Shown here in pieces: positions 25,934 to 34,382 of a stretch of 64,000 nt of DNA. Every line of letters starts with the position of its first letter. The stretch's first letter is position 1. The stretch is from an uncultured Christensenella sp. (GTDB lineage: Bacteria; Bacillota; Clostridia; Christensenellales; Pumilibacteraceae): NCBI GenBank assembly GCA_910579205.1, contig CAJTTD010000011.1, forward strand, positions 4,417-68,416, written 5' to 3'. A model generated the notes under the pieces. That model was not told where the DNA came from, did no database searches, and worked only from the letters and a program-made list of their open reading frames with translations. Made by a program: the position numbers and the translations under genes.

Positions 25934-26418
25934 GGCGCGATGTTGAGCCTCTTGCTTTCGCTCGGAACGGTGAGTTCGCCGCCTATCTTATACTTTTTGA
26001 GTATGAAATGCGTCGCGGTGGAGAGCACTTTATCCATGACGGACAGCTTTTCGCTCACGAACGCCGCCACTTCGCGCAAGTTTTTGCCCTCGATAAAAAC
26101 AGCCAAGTCGTAACCGCCGCTCATGAGATACAAGCTCTTAACTTGGTCGAACGAATATATCTCTTCGGCTATCGCGTCGAAACCGCGGCCGTACATGGGA
26201 TTGACGCGCACTTCTATGAGCGCTTCCACTATCCCGCCGTCCATAACGCTGTCGTCGGTAAGCGTAGTATAACCGAGTATAACGCCGCGCTTTTCCAGCC
26301 CTTGTATCGCCGACTTGACTTGCGATTCCGTAGCGCCCACAGATCTCGCTATCTTATCGGCGGTAAGCCGACTGTCCTGTTTTAAAAGCGCAAGCACTTC
26401 TGTTTCGAGCTTTTCCAT
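25930..26418 (-). CDS. Lrp/AsnC-family transcriptional regulator
   Basis: The N-terminal HTH reads LLKQDSRLTADKIARSVGATESQVKSAIQGLEKRGVI. The C-terminal half is an RAM/ACT-like domain. Confidence 0.85.
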   Translation of the reverse strand: MEKLETEVLALLKQDSRLTADKIARSVGATESQVKSAIQGLEKRGVILGYTTLTDDSVMDGGIVEALIEVRVNPMYGRGFDAIAEEIYSFDQVKSLYLMSGGYDLAVFIEGKNLREVAAFVSEKLSVMDKVLSTATHFILKKYKIGGELTVPSESKRLNIAP

Positions 26419-26491
26419 TTATGACCTCCGTAGATCGTATAAATCGGTAACGGCGCATACCGCGAAGTAAAATTCCGCGCCGCGCGCATTA

Positions 26492-28405
26492 TCAGTCTAT
26501 AACGCCGTCCTTGAGCGCGTTTATCGTGCCGCCCGACAGCAGTATCTTTTTTTGTCTGTCGTTTAGCTCGAGCGTTACTTGTATATCGCATCCGCGCGTG
26601 ATGTTTTTGACTGCGCAGCCGCCGTTTTCTACAGCCGCTATCGGATCGAACTCCAGCTCGTCGCCCGCGTCAATTTTGTCGTAACCGTCGGGCGTTTTGA
26701 ATGTAAACGGGAATATCCCCGAGTTTATCAAGTTGTCGCGGTGCATGCGGGCAAAGCTCTTTGCTATCACCGCGCGTATGCCGAGCGACAAGGGCGCGAG
26801 CGCCGCGTGTTCTCTCGAACTGCCTTGACCGTAATTTTCCCCACCTATAATTATGCCGCCGCCCGCGCGCCGCGTGCGTTCCGCAAACTCGGCGTCGACG
26901 GTGGAAAGGCAGAAATTGCTTAAGTACGGAACGTTGGAGCGGAATGGCAAGAGCTTGGCGTTGGACGGCATGATGTCGTCCGTAGTGATGTTGTCGCCCG
27001 TTTTGACCGTAACCGTTTTGCGTATCTCGCCGTCGGGTTTTTCGCCCACGGGAAAGGGTTTAATGTTCGGACCGCGCACTACCGTTACGTCCTTGAAGTC
27101 CGCGGGGTCCAATATGAGATTGTCGTTGACGTCGTATATTTCGGGCAGCGTTATACCGTCCAAACCATCGTCGGGCGGCACTGTAAACACGCCCGCAACC
27201 GCGCTGTACGCCGCGGTGAGCGGCGACACGAGATAAACGTTGGCGCTCGCCGTTCCGCTGCGCGCGTAAAAATTGCGGTTGAAAGTGCGGAGCGACACCG
27301 CGTCGGTCTTGGGGCTTTGCCCCATGCCTATGCACGGTCCGCACGCGCATTCGAGCACTCGCGCGCCGCTGTCCAAAATGTCCTTTAACGCGCCCAGCTC
27401 GCTCATCATGGTGAGCACTTGCCGCGAGCCGGGGCTTACTGTGAGCGACACGTCGGGATGAACCTTTTTGCCCTTGAGCGCCGCCGCGACCTTGAGCATT
27501 GTAAGCAAAGACGAATCGGTACACGAGCCGATACACACTTGGTCTATCTTTTTGCCTACAAGTTCTTTTATTTCCGCTATGTTGTCGGGCATATGCGGCG
27601 CGGCGGCAAGCGGCACGATCGACGACAGATCTACGGTTATGCTCTCGTCGTACTTTGCGTCCGCGTCCGCCGACAGCGGAACAAACACTTCGGCTCTGCC
27701 TTGCGCCTTTAAAAACTGCTCCGTGCGCTCGTCGGACGGAAATACCGACGTTGTAGCGCCCAGCTCCGCGCCCATATTGGTTATTGTCGCGCGTTCGGGA
27801 ACGGACAGCGTTTTTACGCCGTCGCCCGTATATTCCATAACTTTTCCCACTCCGCCCTTGACTGTGAGCCGACGCAACACTTCGAGTATCACGTCCTTTG
27901 CCGTAGCGTTTGCGCGGAGCTTGCCCGTCAGCCTTATCTCGACTACCTTGGGCATGGTGAGGTTGAGCGTGCCCTTTGCCATGGCGAGCGCGACGTCGAG
28001 CCCGCCCGCGCCTAACGCGAACATACCTATGCCGCCGCCCGTCGGCGTGTGGGAGTCCGAGCCGACAAGAGTTTGACCGGGCGCGCCGAACCGCTCCAAA
28101 TGCACTTGATGACATATGCCGTTGCCCGGCTTGGAAACAAACACGCCGTGCTTTAGCGCCACGGACTGTATATATGCGTGATCGTCGGCGTTTTCAAACC
28201 CCGACTGCAACATGTTGTGGTCGATATAGGCGACGGAACGCTTGGTCTTTACCTTATCCGCGCCGAGCGCTTCGAGCTGCAAGTACGCCATTGTTCCCGT
28301 GGAGTCTTGCGTAAGCGTTTGATCGATGGAAATAACTATAGGCGTTCCCGCCGTAAGCTCGCCCTTGACCAAATGGCTCTCGATAAGCTTTTGAGTGAGG
28401 TTCAT
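26492..28405 (-). CDS. Aconitate hydratase (about 640-aa clostridial type)
   Basis: ORF 26492..28432. Start set to ATG 28403-28405. Supporting motifs are IDQTLTQDSTG, GSDSHTPTGGG, IGSCTDS, CGPCIGMG and the C-terminal swivel segment GENYGQGSSREHAA. Confidence 0.9.
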   Translation of the reverse strand: MNLTQKLIESHLVKGELTAGTPIVISIDQTLTQDSTGTMAYLQLEALGADKVKTKRSVAYIDHNMLQSGFENADDHAYIQSVALKHGVFVSKPGNGICHQVHLERFGAPGQTLVGSDSHTPTGGGIGMFALGAGGLDVALAMAKGTLNLTMPKVVEIRLTGKLRANATAKDVILEVLRRLTVKGGVGKVMEYTGDGVKTLSVPERATITNMGAELGATTSVFPSDERTEQFLKAQGRAEVFVPLSADADAKYDESITVDLSSIVPLAAAPHMPDNIAEIKELVGKKIDQVCIGSCTDSSLLTMLKVAAALKGKKVHPDVSLTVSPGSRQVLTMMSELGALKDILDSGARVLECACGPCIGMGQSPKTDAVSLRTFNRNFYARSGTASANVYLVSPLTAAYSAVAGVFTVPPDDGLDGITLPEIYDVNDNLILDPADFKDVTVVRGPNIKPFPVGEKPDGEIRKTVTVKTGDNITTDDIMPSNAKLLPFRSNVPYLSNFCLSTVDAEFAERTRRAGGGIIIGGENYGQGSSREHAALAPLSLGIRAVIAKSFARMHRDNLINSGIFPFTFKTPDGYDKIDAGDELEFDPIAAVENGGCAVKNITRGCDIQVTLELNDRQKKILLSGGTINALKDGVID

Positions 28406-28447
28406 GTTCACCGCCTTTTCGATCTCGCGCACAGTATGCGCGCATGC

Positions 28448-28780
28448 TCAATCGTATTCGTTGAAATAGCGCGGCAACGGTTTTATTGTGCCGCTCGTGT
28501 TTTCCAGTGTAAAATAATCGAAGTCCACTTCGTCCACGAACTCCGACCGCAAAAACTTGACAACGTTGAAATGGACGAAATGATATGTGTGGCTCTTTAA
28601 AATTATGGGCGTGGGGATATCCATAGCGCGCGTTATCTCGCACACGTACTCGAACAGCTTGTTCTCGTCAAACGGCTCGTGCAATGTGTACATGTGATCA
28701 CGCGTTATCTTGTCGCCCTTGAGCGTTTTAGCCCATATCCGCGGAAATACTTTTGCTTTAAGTTGTTTATCTACTGGCAT
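28448..28780 (-). CDS. Hypothetical 110-aa protein
   Basis: ATG-initiated ORF in the gap between neighbouring minus-strand genes. No motif recognised. Confidence 0.45.
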   Translation of the reverse strand: MPVDKQLKAKVFPRIWAKTLKGDKITRDHMYTLHEPFDENKLFEYVCEITRAMDIPTPIILKSHTYHFVHFNVVKFLRSEFVDEVDFDYFTLENTSGTIKPLPRYFNEYD

Positions 28781-28800
28781 TTCTATCCTCGCGCCGCAGT

Positions 28801-29307
28801 CTACTTACCCGTAACGCGTGCGTTGGTAAGTTTGGGAACGACCTCTTCCACAAAACGGTCGTACGCTTCGCCCAAATGCAGATCTATCTTGAACGGCGGA
28901 CCGCTAAGTCCTTTTAAAGTAACGCTTTTGCAAGTTTTTCTCAGTTTCACCTTGGCGACGTCCGCATACTTGTAATAACCGTAAGAATGATTATTTGCCA
29001 TACCTATGCGCCCCGTTGTTACGAAATACGCTATGTTGGGCGCTTTGGGCGGCAAGAACATGGCAAGCATAGCTATGACATAAAGTGCTGCGAGCGCCCC
29101 CGCCAATATATATATGGATGTCCCGCCTTTGACAAAATAATTCATTACGCATATGCCCGCGCATATGATAGCGACAAACACGAACATAACGGCGGCTACG
29201 CGCAGACCGTATCGCAAATACGACTTTCTGTCGCCGCGCATGTTGATAAGCTCTTGTTCGTCGCCTATGTCTATACCTATTCCCGTGCCTTGCGGAACGA
29301 TCGTCAT
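28801..29307 (-). CDS. Two-TM membrane protein, unknown function
   Basis: ORF 28801..29337 starts at GTG inside the guaA 3' end. I prefer ATG 29305-29307, which has a GAGAGG RBS. Two hydrophobic helices are followed by a small soluble C-terminal domain. Confidence 0.5.
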   Translation of the reverse strand: MTIVPQGTGIGIDIGDEQELINMRGDRKSYLRYGLRVAAVMFVFVAIICAGICVMNYFVKGGTSIYILAGALAALYVIAMLAMFLPPKAPNIAYFVTTGRIGMANNHSYGYYKYADVAKVKLRKTCKSVTLKGLSGPPFKIDLHLGEAYDRFVEEVVPKLTNARVTGK

Positions 29308-29327
29308 TATCAAAACCTCTCGTCGTG

Positions 29328-30857
29328 TTATTCCCACTCGATCGTTGCGGGCGGCTTGCTCGTAATGTCGTATACGACGCGGTTGACGTGTTTTACTTCG
29401 TTGACTATGCGTCCCGAAATTATCTGCAAAACGTCAAACGGTATGCGCGCCCAGTCGGCGGTCATGCCGTCCACGCTCGTAACGCCGCGCAGCGCGACGG
29501 TATAATCGTATGTGCGCTCGTCGCCCATTACGCCCACCGTGCGCATATCGGTGAGAACGGCAAAGTACTGCCAGATTTCTCCGCTAAGCCCGTTTTTGGC
29601 TATCTCTTCGCGGAATATGTAGTCCGCTTCGCGCAGTATGGAAAGCTTATCATTTGTAATATCGCCTATGACGCGAATGGCAAGTCCCGGACCGGGGAAA
29701 GGCTGTCGCATGACTATATGCTCGGGCAGTTCCAGCTCGAAACCGAGCCGACGCACTTCGTCTTTAAACAGCAGACGGAGCGGCTCTACAAGCTCTTTAA
29801 AGTCCACGACGTCGGGCAAGCCGCCCACGTTATGGTGGCTCTTTATCTTAGCCGAATGATTGAGCCCGCTCTCTATAACGTCGGGATAAATAGTGCCTTG
29901 AACAAGATAATCGACCGCGCCCACCTTTTTGGCTTCTTCCTCGAACACGCGGATAAACTCTTCGCCTATTATCTTGCGCTTTTTCTCGGGCTCGGCAACG
30001 CCGGCGAGCTTATCCAAAAAGCGTTTGCTCGCATCGACAGCGACAAGTTTCATGCCTTGCTCGTCGCGGAACACGCGCACGACTTCTTCCGCCTCACCCT
30101 TTCTGAGCAGTCCGTGATCGACGAATATGCATATGAGATTGGGGCATGCCCTATGTACGAGCGTTGCCGCCACCGCCGAGTCCACTCCGCCCGACAGCGC
30201 GCACAGCACTTTTTTGTCGCCTATCTTGGCTTTGAGCTCGGCTACAGTGCGCTCCACATAGCCCGACATAGTCCACTCGCCCGTCGCGCCGCAAACGCCG
30301 TAAAGGAAATTCTTGAGTATCTTAAAACCCTCTTCGGTGTGCATGACTTCGGGATGGAACTGCACGCCGTACAGTTTTTTGCGCGCATCCTCCATTGCCG
30401 CAACGGGACAGCTGTCGGTAACCGCCGACGTAGCAAACCCTTGGGGCAGCTTTTCTATATAAATCGTATGACTCATCCAGCACGTGGACGGCGACTTTAC
30501 GCCTTTGAACAGCGCGGAATCCTTTATCTTAACGTCGAGCGTGCATTTGCCGTACTCGCGCGGCCCTTCGCCCACCGCGCCGCCTAATGTGCCCGCTATG
30601 AGCTGGCAGCCGTAGCATATGCCGAGCACGGGTATCCCCATGTTCAAGATGTCCGCGTCTATGCGCGGCGCGCCCTCGTCGTTGAACGATGCGGGACCGC
30701 CCGTAAACACCAGACCTATGGGCTGCGTTTCGGCTATCTTTTCGCGCAGTTTCTGAAAAGAAATAAGCTCGCAGTAAACATTGGCTTCACGAACCCGCCT
30801 TGCTATCAACTGATTGTACTGTCCGCCGAAATCGACGACCAAAACCGTCTGTGCCAT
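29328..30857 (-). CDS. guaA: GMP synthase (glutamine-hydrolysing)
   Basis: The N-terminus [24 protein letters not shown] belongs to the GATase domain. The PP-loop is [10 protein letters not shown], and the C-terminus ends with the canonical PPATIEWE. Confidence 0.95.
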   Translation of the reverse strand: MAQTVLVVDFGGQYNQLIARRVREANVYCELISFQKLREKIAETQPIGLVFTGGPASFNDEGAPRIDADILNMGIPVLGICYGCQLIAGTLGGAVGEGPREYGKCTLDVKIKDSALFKGVKSPSTCWMSHTIYIEKLPQGFATSAVTDSCPVAAMEDARKKLYGVQFHPEVMHTEEGFKILKNFLYGVCGATGEWTMSGYVERTVAELKAKIGDKKVLCALSGGVDSAVAATLVHRACPNLICIFVDHGLLRKGEAEEVVRVFRDEQGMKLVAVDASKRFLDKLAGVAEPEKKRKIIGEEFIRVFEEEAKKVGAVDYLVQGTIYPDVIESGLNHSAKIKSHHNVGGLPDVVDFKELVEPLRLLFKDEVRRLGFELELPEHIVMRQPFPGPGLAIRVIGDITNDKLSILREADYIFREEIAKNGLSGEIWQYFAVLTDMRTVGVMGDERTYDYTVALRGVTSVDGMTADWARIPFDVLQIISGRIVNEVKHVNRVVYDITSKPPATIEWE

Positions 30858-30968
30858 GTTTATCTCCTTTTATATACGTTTCGTTGTCAAATATTGCGAC
30901 ATTACACGGCTTACAAAAACTTCGTTTTTGTGCTGCTGCCGCAACAGCATTCGCTGATTACGAATGAT

Positions 30969-31027
30969 AGCCGTTAGTTGAAATACGGCGCGAAAAAGCT
31001 CTTGCGAGCAAGCTTTTTCACTTGTAT
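30969..31027. repeat. Intergenic two-hairpin repeat, copy 2 (partner at 5801-5859)
   Basis: Same element as at 5801-5859. GAAAAAGCT pairs with AGCTTTTTC, and GCCGT with ACGGC. It lies 36 nt past the stop of the last RiPP-cluster gene, so it is probably the operon terminator. Confidence 0.7.
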
Positions 31028-31063
31028 TATAACATTCAACGCGTATAAAAGCAAGCTTTTATG

Positions 31064-31822
31064 CTATGCGCAAGGTTTAAAATACAGATTATACGTAACG
31101 GCTTTGTTTTCGGATATTGCCGTTTGAATAAACTGCAACTCGTAGCCCTTTTTTATTACCGAATTTAATTTATCTTGGACCGATCTATCGAAAAACTCGC
31201 TCGGCAGATCGTAGGCTCGTTTCGGCACATCGTATTCCGCATAGAATTTAAGCTTGAATGCGTCGGGGGCAAAATCGGGCGCTGTCATATGCAAGCGCTC
31301 GTCCCCGCAGCGCGGATAAAAAAAAGCACTGCTACAGCCCAAAACGGAGACTACCGCATCATCTATAAATTTTTCGGCAAAGCACGTCGAACCGCTTTTT
31401 TGCAGTCGAAAATACGGGCATACTGCGACGCAGCGTTTGCCCGTAGCGGCGTCTACTCTTATTCCCAACACATGGTTATCGTATGCCGTATTGCTTTCGG
31501 ATAAAAAGTTCTTTAACATTTTCACTTTATCGGCACGGTAGTATGAATGTTCCGACAAAAGATATGACTCCAATTCATGCAAGTCGGCACTGCGCAAAGA
31601 AAAATCGTATTTAACGAATTTATCGCCTTCTTTACCTGCGGAAAAACAAATCAGCTTTTTTTCGGTTACTGCCCGATCGAAAAATTCTATACCTATGCTC
31701 GCGATCGGCCGAACGATTTTATAATATATTCGATCGCGCACTATAAAGCCATCCTCTACCGTGATCGCGTAGAAGTCTATATCGTTCCTTTTACATTCCG
31801 AAACGTCTGTAAATTTATTCAT
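31064..31822 (-). CDS. 252-aa protein of unknown function, last gene of the RiPP-like cluster
   Basis: ATG start 22 nt after the precursor stop. AT-rich. No catalytic motif recognised, no signal peptide and no TM helix. Confidence 0.6.
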   Translation of the reverse strand: MNKFTDVSECKRNDIDFYAITVEDGFIVRDRIYYKIVRPIASIGIEFFDRAVTEKKLICFSAGKEGDKFVKYDFSLRSADLHELESYLLSEHSYYRADKVKMLKNFLSESNTAYDNHVLGIRVDAATGKRCVAVCPYFRLQKSGSTCFAEKFIDDAVVSVLGCSSAFFYPRCGDERLHMTAPDFAPDAFKLKFYAEYDVPKRAYDLPSEFFDRSVQDKLNSVIKKGYELQFIQTAISENKAVTYNLYFKPCA

Positions 31823-31844
31823 TTATCGCTATCGCAAAATTATC

Positions 31845-32048
31845 TTACCAAAAATCGGTGTTGGCAGTGCAGCGCGCCGTACAGTTGTCGTCGCAACTTC
31901 CGCTACAAGAATCGGCGCAACCGCTTATGCAGCTGCCGCTACACGAAAACGCGCACGAAAAAGACACGCCGCATGTCGCCTCACATAGCTTATTGGAAGT
32001 GATGCGCGCTTTTATCTTACACAAAAGCTCCGGATCGATCTTAAACAT
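31845..32048 (-). CDS. Cys-rich RiPP precursor peptide (67 aa; 11 Cys, eight of them at Cx3C periodicity)
   Basis: An AAAGGAGAA RBS lies 6 nt before the ATG. The sequence is MFKIDPELLCKIKARITSNKL-CEATCGVSFSCAFSCSGSCISGCADSCSGSCDDNCTARCTANTDFW. It starts 41 nt downstream of the radical SAM/SPASM gene. Confidence 0.8.
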   Translation of the reverse strand: MFKIDPELLCKIKARITSNKLCEATCGVSFSCAFSCSGSCISGCADSCSGSCDDNCTARCTANTDFW

Positions 32049-32089
32049 TATATTCTCCTTTGATTTTATTTACAAGCAAGTAGTTTTTG

Positions 32090-33205
32090 CTACTGCAAGT
32101 TTTGAATATGTACAATGCTCCGCAACAACGCTTGCTCAGTGTCTTTATCGCACTTAAGCGTCCCGCGCGCCCATTCAATAGCTTTTAGCTTGGCGTTGGC
32201 TGCAAAAATCATTTTATACAATTTGCACCGCGCTTTATCCGGTTTATAAAGATCTCCGCAGCTTAAATAATTACTGCCCAAACAGAACGGACATATCTTC
32301 AGATAATAACAGTCCGCGCATTCACGGTCGAGCAAATCAATGTCAAGTTCATCATGGATATTCGCTTGCTCTGTAGTTATGGCTTTTGATCCGGCGGAGA
32401 TAGGAGCAAAAAGTTGACAAGGATACGCTGTTCCGCGCATGTCGTAACACACCATAGCAGTACCCGTGCCGCAGTATTTTTTTATCTTTTCATTCGACTG
32501 CGTGTCGTAAGCGAGTCTTTCTATTTTAAAATCGAGCATCGAACATTTTTTTATATTCGGGTCGTCCGCATACCAAGAAATAAGATCGTTCAATTGTTCC
32601 GCCAGCGTCTTTACGTTCGATTCGGACAACCAGTCTACCATATATGCCAAATTGCACGCCACCGTAAAACCCAAAGACGTTAAATACTTGACGCTCTCCG
32701 AAAAATACGGCATGGACAGTTCGGACACGGTCATTTTTATCGGCTGTTCCGGATAGTTTTTCAAAAAGAACGCTAAATCTATTTTATCGAAGCTATCCGA
32801 TCGATTTAAATTATGGGCGACACGGTTTCCGTCTAAGCTTAACCCTACGCTGAAATTTTTCCGCGCGCTCAACCACTCGGCAATATCCCCGTGTACCAAT
32901 GTGCCGTTTGTAGTTGCAAAAAACCGTATTTTGCCTTTATAGAACGACATGACATAATCGTAAACTTGCTTTATCAGATCGAAATTCAAAAAAGGCTCGC
33001 CGCCGAAAAACTCTATATAAGTGTTTTCTTTGGGTTTTCCGTAAATAAGCTCTCGATCTATGATCTGCTTGGCGCGATCAAACGTCATGTCAGATGCGGA
33101 CTTGTTGTGTTCGTAACAGTACACGCACGACAGATTGCATCGTTCCGTTACTATCAAAGATATGGTACGCGTGTTAGACTCGTTCATTTCGGTTGTTATA
33201 GCCAT
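32090..33205 (-). CDS. Radical SAM / SPASM-domain peptide maturase
   Basis: ORF 32090..33301. Start set to ATG 33203-33205 (MAITTEMNES), which overlaps the upstream stop (TAATG). The radical SAM motif is CNLSCVYC. The C-terminal Cys cluster CGTGTAMVCYDMRGTAYPC...CADCYYLKICPFC fits a SPASM domain. Confidence 0.85.
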   Translation of the reverse strand: MAITTEMNESNTRTISLIVTERCNLSCVYCYEHNKSASDMTFDRAKQIIDRELIYGKPKENTYIEFFGGEPFLNFDLIKQVYDYVMSFYKGKIRFFATTNGTLVHGDIAEWLSARKNFSVGLSLDGNRVAHNLNRSDSFDKIDLAFFLKNYPEQPIKMTVSELSMPYFSESVKYLTSLGFTVACNLAYMVDWLSESNVKTLAEQLNDLISWYADDPNIKKCSMLDFKIERLAYDTQSNEKIKKYCGTGTAMVCYDMRGTAYPCQLFAPISAGSKAITTEQANIHDELDIDLLDRECADCYYLKICPFCLGSNYLSCGDLYKPDKARCKLYKMIFAANAKLKAIEWARGTLKCDKDTEQALLRSIVHIQNLQ

Positions 33206-34290
33206 TATACAGACACCTTGCCGTCCGAGCATTGAACGATACGCGCTTGCGTGCCGACATTCCATCCGTCGCCTTTTTGCACCGCGCGCCATTCGTCGCA
33301 TGTGCCGCCGTACGATATGCTTTCAAGCCCGTCGCAATCGTAAAAAGCATACGCCCCTATCTCCGACACCGTTTGCGGTATGTATGCGTTTTTTATTCCG
33401 TCGCAATCGTAAAAAGCATAGCTTGATATTTTTTCCAGTCCGTCGTCAAGTATCGCATTAACCAAAAGCCCGTCGTACACAAACAGATCGTGCGTGTAGT
33501 AAGTCGGATTGCAGTACTTATCCGCAAAACTGATTTGACACCATTGCGTAGCAGTGCCGAGATAAACGACGTTTTTGAGCGCACCGCACTTTATAAACGC
33601 TTTTTTGCGAATGTTTTTTATCGACGAGGGGATGGTAATACCGTTCAACCCGCCAAAGCTTCTGAAAGAGCATTTGCTTATACCCGTTACGGGCTTTCCT
33701 TCCACTTCGGCAGCGACAGTCAAATATCGCAGACCTTTCCCGCTGTACCCCACAAGCTCCATTTCGTCTGCGTCCGATTCTTTCAGCAAACGCTCGGTCA
33801 GACTGTAACCCGCGTACATACCGTTCTCATACAAGCGCGGCGTAGAAGCGCCGCTGTCGGCAAACCACATCGTACAGCCCAAAATCGTGATAGGTAGCGA
33901 CACAGTCAGCGCGCATACGTTAGCAACGCGCATAAAACCGCCTTTTGATAAAGCTGTATCTATGATACGGGAAGTAAACAATAACGCCATGCCTATCCCC
34001 GTCATTATCCAAAACAGCTCCGATACGGCAACGGTACAAATTGCACCGACGACACATGAAACACCGCCGACTATCGCGCCTATTACCCCGAATAATGTCG
34101 GATCATCGCACTTACCGAATTCGATACAACCTATCACAAGCAATAAACACAGAACCGCTCCGCCCATAACTATCCACGGCATCACTTTTCCCGTGATCGC
34201 GGCGTCGTAATAATAAGATATAAATACGATCGATATTACGGTCAACACGACTGCGTTAGATGTTCCCAAAATGCGCTCTGCTTTATTCAT
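33205..34290 (-). CDS. Polytopic membrane protein with a C-terminal BspA-type leucine-rich-repeat domain
   Basis: About 5 N-terminal TM helices are followed by LRR_5-like repeats (ITIPSSIKNIRKKAFIKCGALKNV; LEKISSYAFYDCDGIKNAYIPQTVSEIGAYAFYDCDGLESI). No clear SD sequence is present. Confidence 0.65.
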   Translation of the reverse strand: MNKAERILGTSNAVVLTVISIVFISYYYDAAITGKVMPWIVMGGAVLCLLLVIGCIEFGKCDDPTLFGVIGAIVGGVSCVVGAICTVAVSELFWIMTGIGMALLFTSRIIDTALSKGGFMRVANVCALTVSLPITILGCTMWFADSGASTPRLYENGMYAGYSLTERLLKESDADEMELVGYSGKGLRYLTVAAEVEGKPVTGISKCSFRSFGGLNGITIPSSIKNIRKKAFIKCGALKNVVYLGTATQWCQISFADKYCNPTYYTHDLFVYDGLLVNAILDDGLEKISSYAFYDCDGIKNAYIPQTVSEIGAYAFYDCDGLESISYGGTCDEWRAVQKGDGWNVGTQARIVQCSDGKVSV

Positions 34291-34382
34291 TGTTTTTATT
34301 GCGAGTTTTCCGCTTCGACAACTGCGCAGCGTTTATTCGCATGCTCCTTTTATTTGTCTCTCGTTATTTGTGTTTGAAATTT

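Noticed and set aside
31845-32048. Labelling the peptide as a canonical SCIFF precursor or as a lanthipeptide.
   Set aside because: As I recall it, SCIFF is ~45 aa with six Cys and a conserved GGCGECQTSCQSACKTSC-type core; this peptide has 67 aa and 11 Cys. No LanB/LanC/LanM-like gene is present for a lanthipeptide route. I kept it as a ranthipeptide/sactipeptide-like candidate only.
34291-34382. A 19-codon mini-ORF (MRINAAQLSKRKTRNKNNE) with AAAGGAG just upstream, between the lipoprotein and LRR genes.
   Set aside because: The SD-like sequence ends only 1 nt before the ATG, which is too close to function. The ORF overlaps the LRR start out of frame and has no recognisable leader-peptide logic.
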